The notes under the pieces are model-generated. The model was not told the DNA's origin, searched no databases, and saw only the letters and a program-made list of their open reading frames with translations. A DNA stretch of 41,711 nucleotides from an uncultured Hyphomicrobiaceae bacterium (GTDB lineage Bacteria; Pseudomonadota; Alphaproteobacteria; Rhizobiales; Rhodomicrobiaceae), in contig CAZYYQ010000002.1 of NCBI GenBank assembly GCA_964651275.1, positions 1 to 41,711 on the forward strand. The letters run 5' to 3'. Positions 41,114 through 41,711 of this stretch are shown here, in pieces. A program made the position numbers and the translations under genes. Each line of letters begins with the position of its first letter. The first letter of the stretch is position 1.

Positions 41114-41711
41114 ATGACACGTATGACCCCTAGCGAAGCCTTCGTCGAAACGCTCGTAGCCAATGGCGTCACGGATGTTTTCGGGATCGTCGGCTCCGCA
41201 TGCATGGATGCGCTGGATATTTTCCCTGCTGCCGGCATCCGCTACATCCCGACGGTGCACGAACAGGGCGCGGGCCACATGGCCGACGGCTATGCGCGCG
41301 TCAGCGGACGTCACGGCGTGTGCATGGCGCAGAACGGGCCGGGCATCACCAATTTCGTCACAGCCATCGCCGCCGCCTATTGGGCGCATACGCCGGTCGT
41401 GATGATTACGCCGGAGTCCGGCACCATGACCATGGGCCTCGGTGGATTTCAGGAGACCGAGCAGCTTCCCATCTTCTCGAAAATCACCAAGTTCCAGGGG
41501 CATGTGAACAACCCAAAGCGGATGGCCGAGATCACCGCGCGCTGCTTCGACCGCGCGATGCTGAAAATGGGCCCGGCGCAGCTCAACATCCCGCGCGACT
41601 ACTTCTACGGCGAGGCGGATTACGACATCCCGCAGCCGATCCGCGTCGAGCGCGGTCCCGGCGGCAAGCAGAGCCTCGAAAAAGCCGCGCAGCTTCTGGC
41701 CAAGGCGAAGT
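41114..41711 (+). CDS. xsc: Sulfoacetaldehyde acetyltransferase (ThDP enzyme), truncated by window edge
   Basis: Not in the ORF track. Manual translation gives MTRMTPSEAFVETLVANGVTDVFGIVGSACMDALDIFPAAGIRYIPTVHEQGAGHMADGYARVSGRHGVCMAQNGPGITN...LNIPRDYFYG. GGAGG SD at 41099-41103. Confidence 0.88.
   Translation, partial: MTRMTPSEAFVETLVANGVTDVFGIVGSACMDALDIFPAAGIRYIPTVHEQGAGHMADGYARVSGRHGVCMAQNGPGITNFVTAIAAAYWAHTPVVMITPESGTMTMGLGGFQETEQLPIFSKITKFQGHVNNPKRMAEITARCFDRAMLKMGPAQLNIPRDYFYGEADYDIPQPIRVERGPGGKQSLEKAAQLLAKAK

Noticed and set aside
41106-41117. Micro-ORF ATG-AGT-TCA-TGA overlapping the xsc start
   Set aside because: Its ATG is only 2 nt from the GGAGG, too close for efficient initiation. 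The SD spacing suits ATG 41114.

Overview
GC-rich chromosomal segment of an alphaproteobacterium. Gene content and order point to Hyphomicrobiales/Rhizobiales: ialB-like-rlmN, rplY-pth-ychF, mutT-argJ-prsA/secA, murA-DUF2948-hisD-UPF0262-arsC-like-maf-yacG, phaC/aminotransferase-hom. A CtrA box and Bru-RS-like repeats fit the same assignment. Most of the window is housekeeping, with two accessory blocks. (i) About 8.5-13.9 kb: an orphan Tri1/DraG-like ADP-ribosylglycohydrolase lies downstream of a CueR-box-controlled DUF411-copA unit. Divergent from it is an uncharacterised two-gene membrane module behind a perfect CtrA box; its second protein is a two-fold internal repeat (DxYTSFxG twice). 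(ii) About 35-41.7 kb: an isethionate catabolism cluster (iseJ, TRAP iseKLM, IclR iseR) directly linked to xsc, which runs off the window. Non-coding signals are a 33-codon bL36-like leader ORF in front of the DEAD-box helicase, a structured rplY leader, a tetraloop-rich leader on a ZIP transporter that sits where infA usually is, an 8-1-8 palindromic operator in the ise promoter region, and dispersed palindromic repeats. I saw no integrase, transposase, tRNA, rRNA or CRISPR array. Family assignments come from motif recognition by eye; no searches were run.
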